The notes under the pieces are model-generated. The model made no database searches, had not been told where the DNA came from, and saw only the letters and a list, made by a program, of their open reading frames with translations. A program made the translations under genes and the position numbers. A DNA stretch of 64,000 nt from Centruroides vittatus (Eukaryota). This document shows positions 63,667 to 64,000 of the stretch, piece after piece (the first letter of the stretch is position 1; each line of letters begins with the position of its first letter). The stretch covers positions 1,738,938-1,802,937 of the forward strand of contig NW_027122681.1 in assembly GCF_030686945.1 (NCBI RefSeq), written 5' to 3'.

Positions 63667-63726
63667 CTTACAACTCTCGCATGTTATAACACCATAATGC
63701 ATACCCAACGACTCGTCGCCACAAAC
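63667..63726 (-). CDS. Exon (core) encoding the first zinc finger of the same nuclear receptor: (HCK)[20 protein letters not shown]. The 5' boundary is uncertain and could extend to 63752.
   Basis: Donor TGTAAG|GTATGT at 63666. The peptide matches the C-x2-C-GD-x-A/S-x-G-x-HYG-x-x-x-CE(G/S)CK nuclear-receptor finger 1 and joins in frame to GFFRRS of exon 60390-60531. An in-frame TAA 6 codons upstream means either an AAG|GTT acceptor is used or the 5' part is degraded. Confidence 0.65.
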
Positions 63727-64000
63727 CTTACAATGAACATTTTCAATTTAAGCTATAAAAATATGAAATTATCACATTACATTTTGTACAAATGTGACTT
63801 TGACACATTTTACTGCTAAAACAACTTAGTTGCTTAGGCTCATTAATTCAGTTATTGACTTAAACTCCAGTCTTGATCATAAAAGGCAAAAACATGCAAA
63901 TTAAGAGATATGTTTAGACTTTGCCCACAGTTCCAAGAAATGCAAAATTCTGTAAAAGCATGCAATAGTTATTATTCAGTAAGTGCAAAAGTTCTCCATA

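Overview
This window reads as AT-rich nuclear DNA from an invertebrate animal, not a prokaryote. It has no long ORFs. Every gene I can see is split into small exons with canonical GT..AG introns, some only about 37-64 nt long, and simple-sequence microsatellites are common. Most of the window is interspersed-repeat debris.

The repeat content includes:
- Tc1/mariner-type MITEs with TA target duplications, among them two palindromic 'foldback' copies that still carry the 5' helix-turn-helix coding stub of a mariner transposase.
- hAT-type non-autonomous elements with 8-bp target duplications.
- tRNA-derived SINE copies and a poly(A)-ended retroposon family.
- Several other dispersed MITE families, palindromic satellite arrays, and one roughly 3 kb tandem segmental duplication.

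Candidate host genes, best to weakest:
- Minus strand, two exons encoding the first and second zinc fingers of a nuclear hormone receptor DNA-binding domain, split at the canonical CK|GFF intron position. This is the strongest call.
- Minus strand, a three-exon gene at 29035-30056 with clean splice signals.
- Minus strand, a two-exon gene start at 54443-55218.
- Minus strand, a large exon encoding GPTPSSVPQFGG-type low-complexity repeats.
- Minus strand, a pair of 57-nt symmetric exons inside the segmental duplication.
- Plus strand, a small arginine/serine-rich basic-protein ORF preceded by CCAAT and TATA elements.

I found no rRNA, no reliable tRNA gene and no CRISPR. Nothing here looks like a prokaryotic defence or operon system. 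Coordinates near splice sites and element ends may be off by 1-2 nt because they were derived by eye.
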